This document shows positions 12,001-24,346 of a stretch of 64,000 nt of DNA, piece after piece. Below the pieces are notes generated by a model, which was given only the letters and a program-made list of their open reading frames with translations, was not told the origin of the DNA and did not search any database. The position numbers were made by a program, and so were the translations under genes. The stretch spans positions 19,024,694 to 19,088,693 of the forward strand of contig JBHGNT010000017.1 of the NCBI GenBank assembly GCA_043228905.1. Direction: 5' to 3'. The first letter of the stretch is position 1, and each line of letters opens with the position of its first letter. Source of the DNA: Azolla caroliniana (lineage: Eukaryota; Plantae; Polypodiophyta).

Positions 12001-15000
12001 TTAAAAAATCAAGAATTTCAAACTGAGGTCGAGAGATACGAAAAAATTAGCAAATTTGAGGAGGGAGTTGAGAAGAGGGTGTCAGTAAATTCAAATGTTC
12101 ATACCTGGCTCGTGTGATATCAGATTTTAGTGTTCAAACATTCGAATCGAAGCTAACAACACTAGCTATGATATGAAATTAAAAAATCAAGAATTTGAAA
12201 CTCAGGTGGAGAGACATGATGAAATCAACAAATTAGAGGAGGGAGTGGAGAAGAGCCTGTTAGGACATAAAAATGTTCATACCTGGATCGTGTGATATCG
12301 GATTTTACTGTTCAAACATGCAAATCGAAGCTAACAACACTAGCTATGACATGGAATTAAAAATTCAAGATTTTGAAACTTAGGTCAAGAGACACGAAGA
12401 AATTAGCAAATTTGAGGAGGGAGTTGAGAAGAGCGCGTGAGTAAATTCAAATGTTAATACCTGTCTCGTGTGATATCGGATCTTTGTGTTCAAACATGCG
12501 AATCGACGCTAACAACACTAGCTATTCTATCGAATTAAAAAATTGACAATTTGAAACTCAGATCGAGAGACATGAAGAAATTAGCAAATTTGAGGAGGGA
12601 GTTGAGAATAGGGCGTGAGTAAATTCAAATGTTCATACCTGGCTCGTGTTATATCGGATTTTAGTGTTCAAACATGCGAATCGAAGCTAACAACACTAGC
12701 TATGATATGGATTTAAAAATTCAAGATTTTGAAACTTAGGTCGAGAGACACGAAGAGATTAGCAAATTTGAGGAGGGAGTTGAGAAGAGAGCGTGAGTAA
12801 ATTCAAATGTTCATACCTGGCTCGTGTCATATCAGATTTTAATGTTCAAACATGCGAATCGAAGCTAACAACACTAGCTATGATATCAAATTAAAAAATC
12901 AAGAATTTAAACTCAAGTCGAGGGACATGAAGATATTAGCAAATTAGAGAAGGGAGTGGAGAAGAGCATGTTTGGAAATGAAAATGTTCATACCTGGATC
13001 GCGTGACATCGGATTTTTGTGTTGAAACATGCAAATCGAAGCTAACAACACTAGCTATGATATGGAATTAAAAAACTCAATAATTCGAAACTTAAGAAAT
13101 CAAAATGTTCATACCTGGAGAAGAGCCTGTTAGGAAATAAAAATGTTCATACCTGGATCGTGTGATATCGGATTTTACTGTTCAAACATGCAAATCGAAG
13201 CTAACAACAGTAGCTATGATATGGAATTAAAAATTCAAGATTTTGAATCTTAGGTTGAGAGACATGAAGAAATTAGCAAATTTGAGGGGGGAGTTGAGAA
13301 GAGCGCGTGAGTAAATTGAAATTTTAATACCTGTCTCGTGTGATATCGGTTTTTGTGTTCAAACATGCGAATCGAAGCTAACAACACTAGCTTTTTTATG
13401 GAATTAAAAAATCGAGAATTTGAAACTCAGGTCGAGAGACATGAAGAAATTAGCAAATTAGAGGAGGGAGTGGAGAAGAGCCTCTTAGGAAATCAAAATG
13501 TTCATACCTGGATCGTGTGATATCGGATTTTAGTGTTCAAACATGCAAATCGAAGCTAACAACACTAACTATGATATAGAATTAAAAATTCAAGATTTTG
13601 AAACTTAGGTCAAGAGACACGAAGAAATTAGCAAATTTGAGGAGGGAGTTGAGAAGAGCGCGTGAGTAAATTCAAATGTTAATACCTGCCTCGTGTGATA
13701 TCGGATTTTTGTGTTCAAACATGCGAATCGACGCTAACAACACTAGCTATTATATGGAATTAAAAAATCAAGAATTTGAAACTCAGGTCGACAAACATGA
13801 AGAAATTAACAAATTTGAGGAGGGAGTTGAGAAGAGAGCGTGAGTAAATTCAAATGTTCACACTTGGATCAGTTTATATCGGATTTTAGTGTTCAAACAT
13901 GTGAATCGAAGCAAACAACACTAGCCATGATATGGGTTCAGAAAATCAAGATTTCGAATCTTAGGTCGAGAGACATGAAGACATTAGCAAATTTGAGGAT
14001 GGAGTTGAGAAGAGAGCGTCACTAAATTGAAATGTTCACATCTGGCTCGTGTTATATCGGATTTTAGTGTTCAAACATGCGAATCGAACTTAACAACACT
14101 AGCTATGATATGGATATAAAAAATCAAGATTTTGAAACGTAGGTCGAGAGACATGAAGAAATTAGCAAATTTGAGGGGGGAGTTGAGAAGAGCGCGTGAG
14201 TAAATTGAAATGTTAATACCTCTCTCTTGTGATATCGGATTTTTGTGTTCAAACATGCGAATCGAAGCTAACAATACTAGCTATTATATGGAATTAAAAA
14301 ATCTAGAATTTGAAACTCAGATCGAGAGACATGAAGAAATTAGCAAATTTGAGGAGGGAGTTGAGAAGAGGGCGTGAGTAAATTCAAATGTTCATACCTG
14401 GCTCGTGTGATATCGGATTTTAGTGTTCAAACATGCGAATCGATTCAAACATCACTAGCTATGATATGGATTTAAAAAATCAAGATTTTGAAACTCAGGT
14501 CGAGAGACATGAAGAAATTAGCAAAATTGAGGAGGGAGTTGAGAAGAGAGCGTGAGTAAATTCAAATGTTCACACCTGGCTCGTGTTATATTGGATTTTA
14601 GTGTTCAAACATGTGAATCAAAGCTAACAACACTAGCCATGATATGGATTTAGAAAATCAAGATTTTGAATCTTAGGTCGAGAGACATGAAGAAATTAGC
14701 AAATGTGAGGGGGGAGTTGAGAAGATCGCGTGAGTAAATTGAAATGTTAATACCTGTCTCATGTGATATCGGATTTTTGTGTTCAAACATGCGAATCGAA
14801 GCTAACAACACTAGCTTTTTTATGGAATTAAAAAATCGAGAATTTGAAACTCAGGTCGAGAGACATAAAGAAATTAGCAAATTTGAGGAGGGAGTCGAGA
14901 AGAGCTTGTTTGGAAATAAAAATGTTCAGACCTGGATCGTGTGATATCGGATTTTTATGTTCAAACATGCGAATCGAAGTTAACAACACTAGCTATTATA

Positions 15001-15466
15001 TAGAATTAAAAAATCGAGAATTTGAAACTCAGGTCCAGAGACATGAAGAAATTAGCAAATTTGAGGAGGGAGTTCAGAAGAGCACGTGAGTAAATTGAAA
15101 TGTTAATACCGGTGTCGTGTGATATCGGATTTTTGAGTTCAAACAGGTAAATCGAAGCTAACAACACTAGCTATTTTATGGAATTAAAAAATCGAGAATT
15201 TGAAACTCAGGTTGAGAGACATGAAGAAATTAGCAAATTAGAGGAGGGAGTGGAGAAGAGCTCGTGACTAAAGTGGAATGTTCATACCTGGCTCGTGTGA
15301 TCCCGGATTGTCGTGTTCAAAGATGCGAATCGATGCTCACAACACTAGCTATGATATGGAATTAAAAAATCTAGAATTTGAAGAAATTAGCAAATTTGAG
15401 GAGGTAGCGGAGAAGAGTTCGTTAAGAAATGAAAATGTTCATACTTGGCTCGTGTGATATGGATTT
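1..15466 (+). repeat. 178-bp satellite array, main family, forward block A (about 87 monomers; runs off the window start)
   Basis: Monomer ttgagaagagggcgtgagtaaattcaaatgttcatacctggctcgtgtgatatcggattttagtgttcaaacatgcgaatcgaagctaac...gaagaaattagcaaatttgaggagggag starts at 1 and again at 179, giving a 178-bp period that continues head-to-tail. Strand is an arbitrary convention (purine-rich strand = +). Confidence 0.98.
8539..15261 (+). repeat. About 6.7-kb block, copy 1 (copy 2 at 43855-50579)
   Basis: Constant offset of 35316-35318 for near-identical repeat-derived ORFs (8899/44215, 9389/44705, 14744/50062) and for a distinctive scrambled monomer (13075/48391). Confidence 0.9.
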
Positions 15467-16259
15467 GCATCATTGATCACAACAATCCGGGATCACACGA
15501 GCCAGGTATGAACATTTGAATTTTACTCACGAGCTCTTCTCAACTACCTCCTCCAATTTGCTAATTTCATCATGTCTCTCGACCTGAGTTTCAAAATCTT
15601 GATTTTTTAAATCCATATCATAGTTAGTGTTGTTAGCTTCGATTCGCATGTTTGAACACTAAAATCTGATATCACATGAACCAGGTATGAACATTTTCAT
15701 TTCTTAACGAACTCTTCTCATATCATAGCTAGGGTTGTGATCTTCGATTCGCATCTTTGAACACTAAAATCCAGAATCACACGAGCCAGGTATGAACATT
15801 TCAATTTACTCACGCCCTCTTCTCAACTCCCTCCTCAAATTTGCTAATTTCTTCATGTCTCTGGACCTGAGTTTCAAAATCATGATTTTTTAATTCCATA
15901 TCATAGCTAGTGTTGTTAGCTTCGATTCGCATGTTTGAACACGAAAATTCAATATCACACGATCCAGGTATGAACATTTTCATTTCCAAACAGGCTCTTC
16001 TCCACTCCCTCAATAATTTGCTAATTTCTTCATGTCTCTCGACCTAAGTTTAAAAATCTAGATTTTTAAAATCCATATCATAGCTAGTGTTGTTAGCTTC
16101 GATTCGCATGTATCAACACTAAAATCCGATATCACACGAGCCAGGTATGAACATTTTCATTTCCAAACAAGCTCTTCTCCACTCCCTCCTCTAATTTGCT
16201 AATTTCTTCATGTCTCTCGACCTGATTTCAAATTCTTGATTTTCTAATTCCATATCATA

Positions 16260-19200
16260 GCTGGTGTTGTGAGCTTCAATTCGCATCTTTGAACACAACA
16301 AGCTGGGGTCACATGAGCCACGTATGAACATTTCAATTTACTCACGAGCTCTTCTCAACTCCCTCCTCAAATTTGCTAATTTCTTCATGTCTCTCGATCT
16401 GAGTTTCAAAATCTTGATTTTTTAATTCCATATCATAGCTAGTGTTGTTAGCTTCGATTCGCATGTTTGAACACAAAAAGCCGAAATCACACGATCCAGG
16501 TATGAACATTTTCATTTCCAAACATGCTCTTCTCCACTCCCTCAATAATTTGCTAATTTCTTCATGTCTCTAGACCTGAGTTTAGAAATCTTTATTTTTA
16601 AAATCCATATCATAGCTAGTGTTGTTAGCTTCGATTCGCATGTTTGAACACTAAAATCCGATATCACACGAGGCAGGTATGAACATTTTCATTTCTTAAC
16701 GAACTCTTCTCCGCTACCTCCTCAAATTTGCTAATTTCTTCATGTCTCTCGACTTGAGTTTCAAATTCTTGATTTTTTAGTTTCATATAATATCTAGTTT
16801 TGTTAGCTTCAATTCGAATGTTTGAACACTAAAATCCGATATCACATTAGCCAGGCATCAACATTTTCATTTTTTAATGAGCTCTTCTCCACTACCTCCT
16901 CAAATTTGCTAATTTCTTCATGTCTCTCGACCTGAGTTTAAAATTCTTGATTTTCTAATTCCATATCATAGCTAGTGTTGTGACCTTCGATTCGCATATT
17001 TGAACACAACAATCCGGGATCACACGAGCCAGGTATGAACATTTCAATTTACTCACGAGCTCTTCTCCACTACCTCCTCAAATTTGCTAATTTCTTCATG
17101 TCTCTGGACCTGAGTTTCAAAATCTTAATTTTTTAATTCCATATCATAGCTAGTGTTGTTAGCTTCGATTCACATGTTTGAACACTAAAATCCGATATCA
17201 CACGATCCAGGTATGAACATTTTCATTTCCAAACAGGCTCTTCTCCACTCCCTCAATAATTTGCTAATTTCTTCATGTCTCTAGACCTGAGTTTAAAAAT
17301 CTTGATTTTTAAAATCCATATCATAGCTAGTGTTGTTAGCTTCGATTCGCATGTTTGAACACTAAAATCCAATATCACAGGAGCCAGGTGTGAACATTTG
17401 AATTTCTTAACGAACTCTTCTCCGCTACCTCCTCAAATTTGCTAATTTCTTCATGTCTCTCGACTTGAGTTTCAAATTCTTGATTTTTTAGTTTCATATA
17501 ATAGCTAGTTTTGTTAGCTTCAATTCCCATGTTTGAACACTAAAATCCGATATCACATTAGCCAGGTATCAACATTTTCATTTTTTAACGAGCTCTTCTC
17601 TACTACCTCCTCAAATTTGCTAATTTCTTCATGTCTCTCGACCTGAGTTTCAAATTCTTGATTTTTTAATTCCATATCATAGCTAGTGTTGTGAGCTTCG
17701 ATTCGCATATTTGAACACAACAATTCGGGATCACACGAGCCAGGTATGAACATTTCAATTTACTCACGAGCTCTTCTCCACTACCTCCTCAAATTTACTA
17801 ATTTCTTCATGTCTCTGGACCTGAGTTTCAAAATCTTAATTTTTTAATTCCATATCATAGCTGGTGTTGTGAGCTTCAATTCGCATCTTTGAACACAACA
17901 AGCTGGGGTCACATGAGCCACGTATGAACATTTCAATTTACTCACGAGCTCTTCTCAACTCCCTCCTCAAATTTGCTAATTTCTTCATGTCTCTCAATCT
18001 GAGTTTCAAAATCTTGATTTTTTAATTCCATATCATAGCTAGTGTTGTTAGCTTCGATTCGCATGTTTGAACACAAAAAGCCGAAATCACATGATCCAGG
18101 TATGAACATTTTCATTTCCAAACATGCTCTTGTCCACTCCCTCAATAATTTGCTAATTTCTTCATGTCTCTAGACCTGAGTTTAAAAATCTTTATTTTTA
18201 AAATCCATATCATAGCTAGTGTTGTTAGATTCGATTCGCATGTTTGAACACTAAAATCCGATATCACACGAGGCAGGTATGAACATTTTCATTTCTTAAC
18301 GAACTCTTCTCTGCTACCTCCTCAAATTTGCTAATTTCTTCATGTCTCTCGACCTGAGTTTAAAATTCTTGATTTTTTAATTCCATATCATAGCTAGTGT
18401 TGTGACCTTCGATTCGCATATTTGAACACAACAATCCGGGATCACACGAGCCAGGTATGAACATTTCAATTTACTCACGAGCTCTTCTCCACTACCTCCT
18501 CAAATTTGCTAATTTCTTCATGTCTCTGGACCTGAGTTTCAAAATCTTAATTTTTTAATTCCATATCATAGCTAGTGTTGTTAGCTTCGATTCACATGTT
18601 TGAACACTAAAATCCGATATCACACGATCCAGGTATGAACATTTTCATTTCCAAACAGGCTCTTCTCCACTCCCTCAATAATTTGCTAATTTCTTCATGT
18701 CTCTAGACCTGAGTTTAAAAATCTTGATTTTTAAAATCCATATCATAGCTAGTGTTGTTAGCTTCGATTCGCATGTTTGAACACTAAAATCCAATATCAC
18801 AGGAGCCAGGTATGAACATTTGAATTTCTTGACGAACTCTTCTCCGCTACCTCCTCAAATTTGCTAATTTCTTCATGTCTCTCGACTTGAGTTTCAAATT
18901 CTTGATTTTTTAGTTTCATATAATAGCTAGTTTTGTTAGCTTCAATTCGCATGTTTGAACACTAAAATCCGATATCACATTAGCCATATCATAGCTAGTG
19001 TTGTGAGCATCGATTCGCATCTTTGAACACAACAATCCGGGATCACACGAGCCAGGTATGAACATTTCAATTTACTCACGAGCTCTTCTCCACTACCTCC
19101 TCAAATTTACTAATTTCTTCATGTCTCTGGACCTGAGTTTCAAAATCTTAATTTTTTAATTCCATATCATAGCTGGTGTTGTGAGCTTCAATTCGCATCT

Positions 19201-20715
19201 TTGAACACAACAAGCTGGGGTCACATGAGCCACGTATGAACATTTCAATTTACTCACGAGCTCTTCTCAACTCCCTCCTCAAATTTGCTAATTTCTTCAT
19301 GTCTCTCAATCTGAGTTTCAAAATCTTGATTTTTTAATTCCATATCATAGCTAGTGTTGTTAGCTTCGATTCGCATGTTTGAACACAAAAAGCCGAAATC
19401 ACATGATCCAGGTATGAACATTTTCATTTCCAAACATGCTCTTCTCCACTCCCTCAATAATTTGCTAATTTCTTCATGTCTCTAGACCTGAGTTTAAAAA
19501 TCTTTATTTTTAAAATCCATATCATAGCTAGTGTTGTTAGCTTCGATTCGCATGTTTGAACACTAAAATCCGATATCACACGAGGCAGGTATGAACATTT
19601 TCATTTCTTAACGAACTCTTCTCTGCTACCTCCTCAAATTTGCTAATTTCTTCATGTCTCTCGACTTGAGTTTCAAATTCTTGATTTTTTAGTTTCATAT
19701 AATATCTAGTTTTGTTAGCTTCAATTCGAATGTTTGAACACTAAAATCCGATATCACATTAGCCAGGCATCAACATTTTCATTTTTTAATGAGCTCTTCT
19801 CCACTACCTCCTCAAATTTGCTAATTTCTTCATGTCTCTCGACCTGAGTTTAAAATTCTTGATTTTTTAATTCCATATCATAGCTAGTATTGTGACCTTC
19901 GATTCGCATATTTGAACACAACAATCCGGGATCACACGAGCCAGGTATGAACATTTCAATTTACTCACGAGCTCTTCTCCACTACCTCCTCAAATTTGCT
20001 AATTTCTTCATGTCTCTGGACCTGAGTTTCAAAATCTTAATTTTTTATATCCATATCGTAGCTAGTGTTGTTAGCTTCGATTCACATGTTTGAACACTAA
20101 AATCCGATATCACACGATCCAGGTATGAACATTTTCATTTCCAAACAGGCTCTTCTCCACTCCCTCAATAATTTGCTAATTTCTTCATGTCTCTAGACCT
20201 GAGTTTAAAAATCTTGATTTTTAAAATCCATATCATAGCTAGTGTTGTTAGCTTCGATTCGCATTTTTGAACACTAAAATCCAATATCACAGGAGCCAGG
20301 TATGAACATTTGAATTTCTTAACGAACTCTTCTCCGCTACCTCCTCAAATTTGCTAATTTCTTCATGTCTCTCGACTTGAGTTTCAAATTCTTGATTTTT
20401 TAGTTTCATATAATAGCTAGTTTTGTTAGCTTCAATTCCCATGTTTGAACACTAAAATCCGATATCACATTAGCCAGGTATCAACATTTTCATTTTTTAA
20501 CGAGCTCTTCTCTACTACCTCCTCAAATTTGCTAATTTCTTCATGTCTCTCGACCTGAGTTTCAAATTCTTGATTTTTTAATTCCATATCATAGCTAGTG
20601 TTGTGAGCTTCGATTCGCATATTTGAACACAACAATCCGGGATCACACGAGCCAGGTATGAACATTTCAATTTACTCACGAGCTCTTCTCCACTACCTCC
20701 TCAAATTTACTAATT
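16260..20715 (-). repeat. 9-monomer (1600-bp) higher-order unit; full and truncated copies here, another at about 24490-26090
   Basis: Marker agctggggtcacatgagccacg near 16301, 17901, 19213 and 24529; ORF offset 16342/17942 is 1600. Confidence 0.8.
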
Positions 20716-23700
20716 TCTTCGTGTCTCTCGACCTAAGTTTCAAAATCTTGAATTTTTAAATCCATATCATAGCTAGTGTTGTTAGCTTCGATTCGCATTT
20801 TTGAACACTAAAATCCGATATAACACGAGCCAGGTATGAACATTTGAATTTACTCACGCCCTATTCTCAACTCCCTCCTCAAATTTGCTAATTTCTTCAT
20901 GTTTCTCGATCTGAGTTTCAAATTGTCAATTTTTTAATTCGATAGAATAGCTAGTGTTGTTAGCGTCGATTCGCATGTTTGAACACAAAGATCCGATATC
21001 ACACGAGACAGGTATTAACATTTGAATTTACTCACGCGCTCTTCTCAACTCCCTCCTCAAATTTGCTAATTTCTTCGTGTCTCTTGACCTAAGTTTCAAA
21101 ATCTTGAATTTTTAATTCCATGTCATAGCTAGTGTTGTTAGCTTCGATTTGCATGTTTGAACAGTAAAATCCGATATCACACGATCCAGGTATGAACATT
21201 TTTATGTCCTAACAGGCTCTTCTCCACTCCCTCCTCTAATTTGTTGATTTCATCATGTCTCTCCACCTGAGTTTCAAATTCTTGATTTTTTAATTTCATA
21301 TTATAGCTAGTGTTGTTAGCTTCGATTCGAATGTTTGAACACTAAAATCTGATATCACACGAGCCAGGTATGAACATTTGAATTTACTGACACCCTCTTC
21401 TCAACTCCCTCCTCAAATTTGCTAATTTTTTCGTATCTCTCGACCTCAGTTTGAAATTCTTGATTTTTTAATTTGATATCATAGCTAGTGTTGTTAGCTT
21501 CGATTCGCATGTTTGAACACTAAAATCTGATATGACACGAGCCAGGTATGAACATTTGAATTTACTCACGCCCTCTTCTCAACTCCCTCCTCAAATTTGC
21601 TAATTTCTTCATGTCTCTCGACCTGAGTTTGAAATTCTTGATTTTTTAATTCCATATAATAGCTAGATTTATTAGCCTCGATTCGCATGTTTGAACACAA
21701 AAATCCGATATGACAGGAGACAGGTATTAACATTTGAATTTACTCACGCGCTCTTCTCAACTCCCTCCTCAAATTTGCTAATCTATTCGTGTCTCTCGAC
21801 CTAAGTTTCAAAATCTTGAATTTTTAAATCCATATCATAGCTAGTGTTGTTAGCTTCGATTCGCATGTTTGAACACTAAAATCCGATATTACACGAGCCA
21901 GGTATGAACATTTGAATTTATTCACACCCTCTTCTCAACTCCCTCCTCAAATTTGCTAATTTCTTCATGTGTCTCCACCTTAGTTTCAAATTGTCAATTT
22001 TTTAATTCCATAGAATAGCTAGTGTTGTTAGCTTCGATTTGCCTATTTGAACTCAAAAATCCGATATCACACGAGACGGGTATTAACATTTCAATTTACT
22101 CACGCGCTCTTCTTAACTCCCTCCTCAAATTTGCTAATTTCTTCATGTCTTTCGACCTGAGTTTCAAATTCTCGATTTTTTAATTCTATATAATAGCTAG
22201 TGTTGTTAACTTCGATTCGCATGTTTGAACACAAAAATCCGATATCACACGATCCAGGTCTGAACATTTTTATTTCCAAACAAGCTCTTCTCCACTCCCT
22301 CCTCTAATTTGCTAATTTCTTCATGTCTCTCGACCTGAGTTTCAAAATGTTGCTTTTTTAAATCCATATCATACCTAGTTATGTTAGCTTCGATACGCAT
22401 GTTTGAACACTAAAATCCGATATCACACGAGCCAGGTATGAACATTTGAATTTACTCACGCCCTCTTCTCAACTCCCTCCTCAAATTTGCTAATTTCTTC
22501 ATGTCTCTCGACCTGAGTTTCAAATTCTCGATTTTTTAATTCTATATAAAAGCTAGTGTTGTTAGCTTCGATTCGCATGTTTGAACACAAAAATCCGATA
22601 TCACACGATCCAGGTCTGAACATTTTCATTTCCAAACAGGCTCTTCTCCACTCCCTCCTCTAATTTGCTAATTTCTTCATGTCTCTCGACCTGAGTTTCA
22701 AACTCTTCATTTTTTAATTTCATATCATACCTAGTCTTGTTAGCTTCGATTCGCATGTTTGAACAATAAAATCCGATATCACATGACCCAGGTATCAACA
22801 TTTTCATTTCTTAACGAGCTCTTCTCCACTACCTCCTCAAATTTGCTAATTTCTTCATGTCTCTCGACCTGAGTTTCAAATTCTTGATTTTTTAATTCCA
22901 TATCATAGCTAGTGTTGTGAGCTTCGATTCGCATCTTTGAACACAACAATCCGGGATCACACGAGCCAGGTATGAATATTTCAATTTACGCACGAGCTCT
23001 TCTCAACTCCCTCCTCAATTTTGCTAATTTCATCATGTCTCTCGACCTGAGTTTCAAACTCTTGATTTTTTAAATCCATATCATAGCTAGTGATATTAGC
23101 TTCGATTCGCATGTTTGAACACTAAAATCCGATATTACACGAGCCAGGTATGAACATTTGAATTTACTCACGCCCTCTTCTCAACTACCTCCTCAAATTT
23201 GCTAATTTCTTCATGTCTCTGGACCTGAGTTTCAAATTCTCGATTCTCTAATTCTATATAATAGCTAGTGTTCTTAGCTTCGATTTGCATGATTGAACAC
23301 TAAAATCCGATATCACAGGATCCTGGTCTGAACATTTTCATTTCCAAACAGGCTCTTCTCCACTCCCTCCTCTAATTTGCTAATTTCTTCATGTCTCTCG
23401 ACCTTAGTTTCATATTCTTGATTTTTTAATTTCATATCATAGCTAGTGTTGTGAGCTTCGATTCGCATTTCTGAACACAACAATCCGGGATCACATGAGC
23501 CAAGTATGAACATTTCAATTTACTCACGAGCTCTTCTCAACTCCCTCCTCAAATTTGCTAATTTCTTCATGTCTCAGGACCTGAGTTTCGAAATCTTGAT
23601 TTTTTAAATCCATAGCATAGTTAGTGTTGTTAGCTTCGATTCGCATGTTTGAACACTAAAATCTTATATCACATGAGCCAGGTATGAACATTTTCATTTC

Positions 23701-24346
23701 TTAACGAACTCTTCTCCACTACCTCCTCAAATTTGCTAATTTCTTCATGTCTCTCGACCTGAGTTTCAAATTCTAGATTTTTTAATTCTATATCATAGCT
23801 AGGTTTGTGATCTTCGATTCACATCTTTGAACACTAAAATCCAGAATCACACGAGCCAGGTATGAACATTTCAATTTACTCACGCCCTCTTCTCAACCCC
23901 CTCCTCAAATTTGCTAATTTCTTCATGTCTCTGGACCTGAGTTTCAAAATCATGATTTTTTAATTCCATATCATAGCTAGTGTTGTTAGCTTCAATTCGC
24001 ATGTTTGAACACAAAAATTCGATATCACACGATCCAGGTATGAACATTTTCATTTCCAAACATGCTCTTCTCCACTCCCTCAATAATTTGCTAATTTCTT
24101 CATGTCTCTCGACCTGAGTTTAAAAATCTAGATTTTTAAAATCCATATCATAGCTAGTGTTGTTAGCTTCGATTCGCATGTTGCAACACTAAAATCCGAT
24201 ATCACAGGAGCTAGGTATGAACATTTTCATTTCTTAACGAACTCTTCTCCGCTACCTCCTCAAATTTGCTAATTTCTTCAAATTCTAGATTTTTTAATTC
24301 CATATCATAGCTAGTGTTGTGAGCATCGATTCGCATCTTTGAACAC
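20716..24346 (-). repeat. Inverted copy (about 3.6 kb) of 9126-12756
   Basis: Mirror coordinates sum to 33472 (9389+24083, 9959+23513, 11681+21791) and the two arms share private SNPs. Confidence 0.92.
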
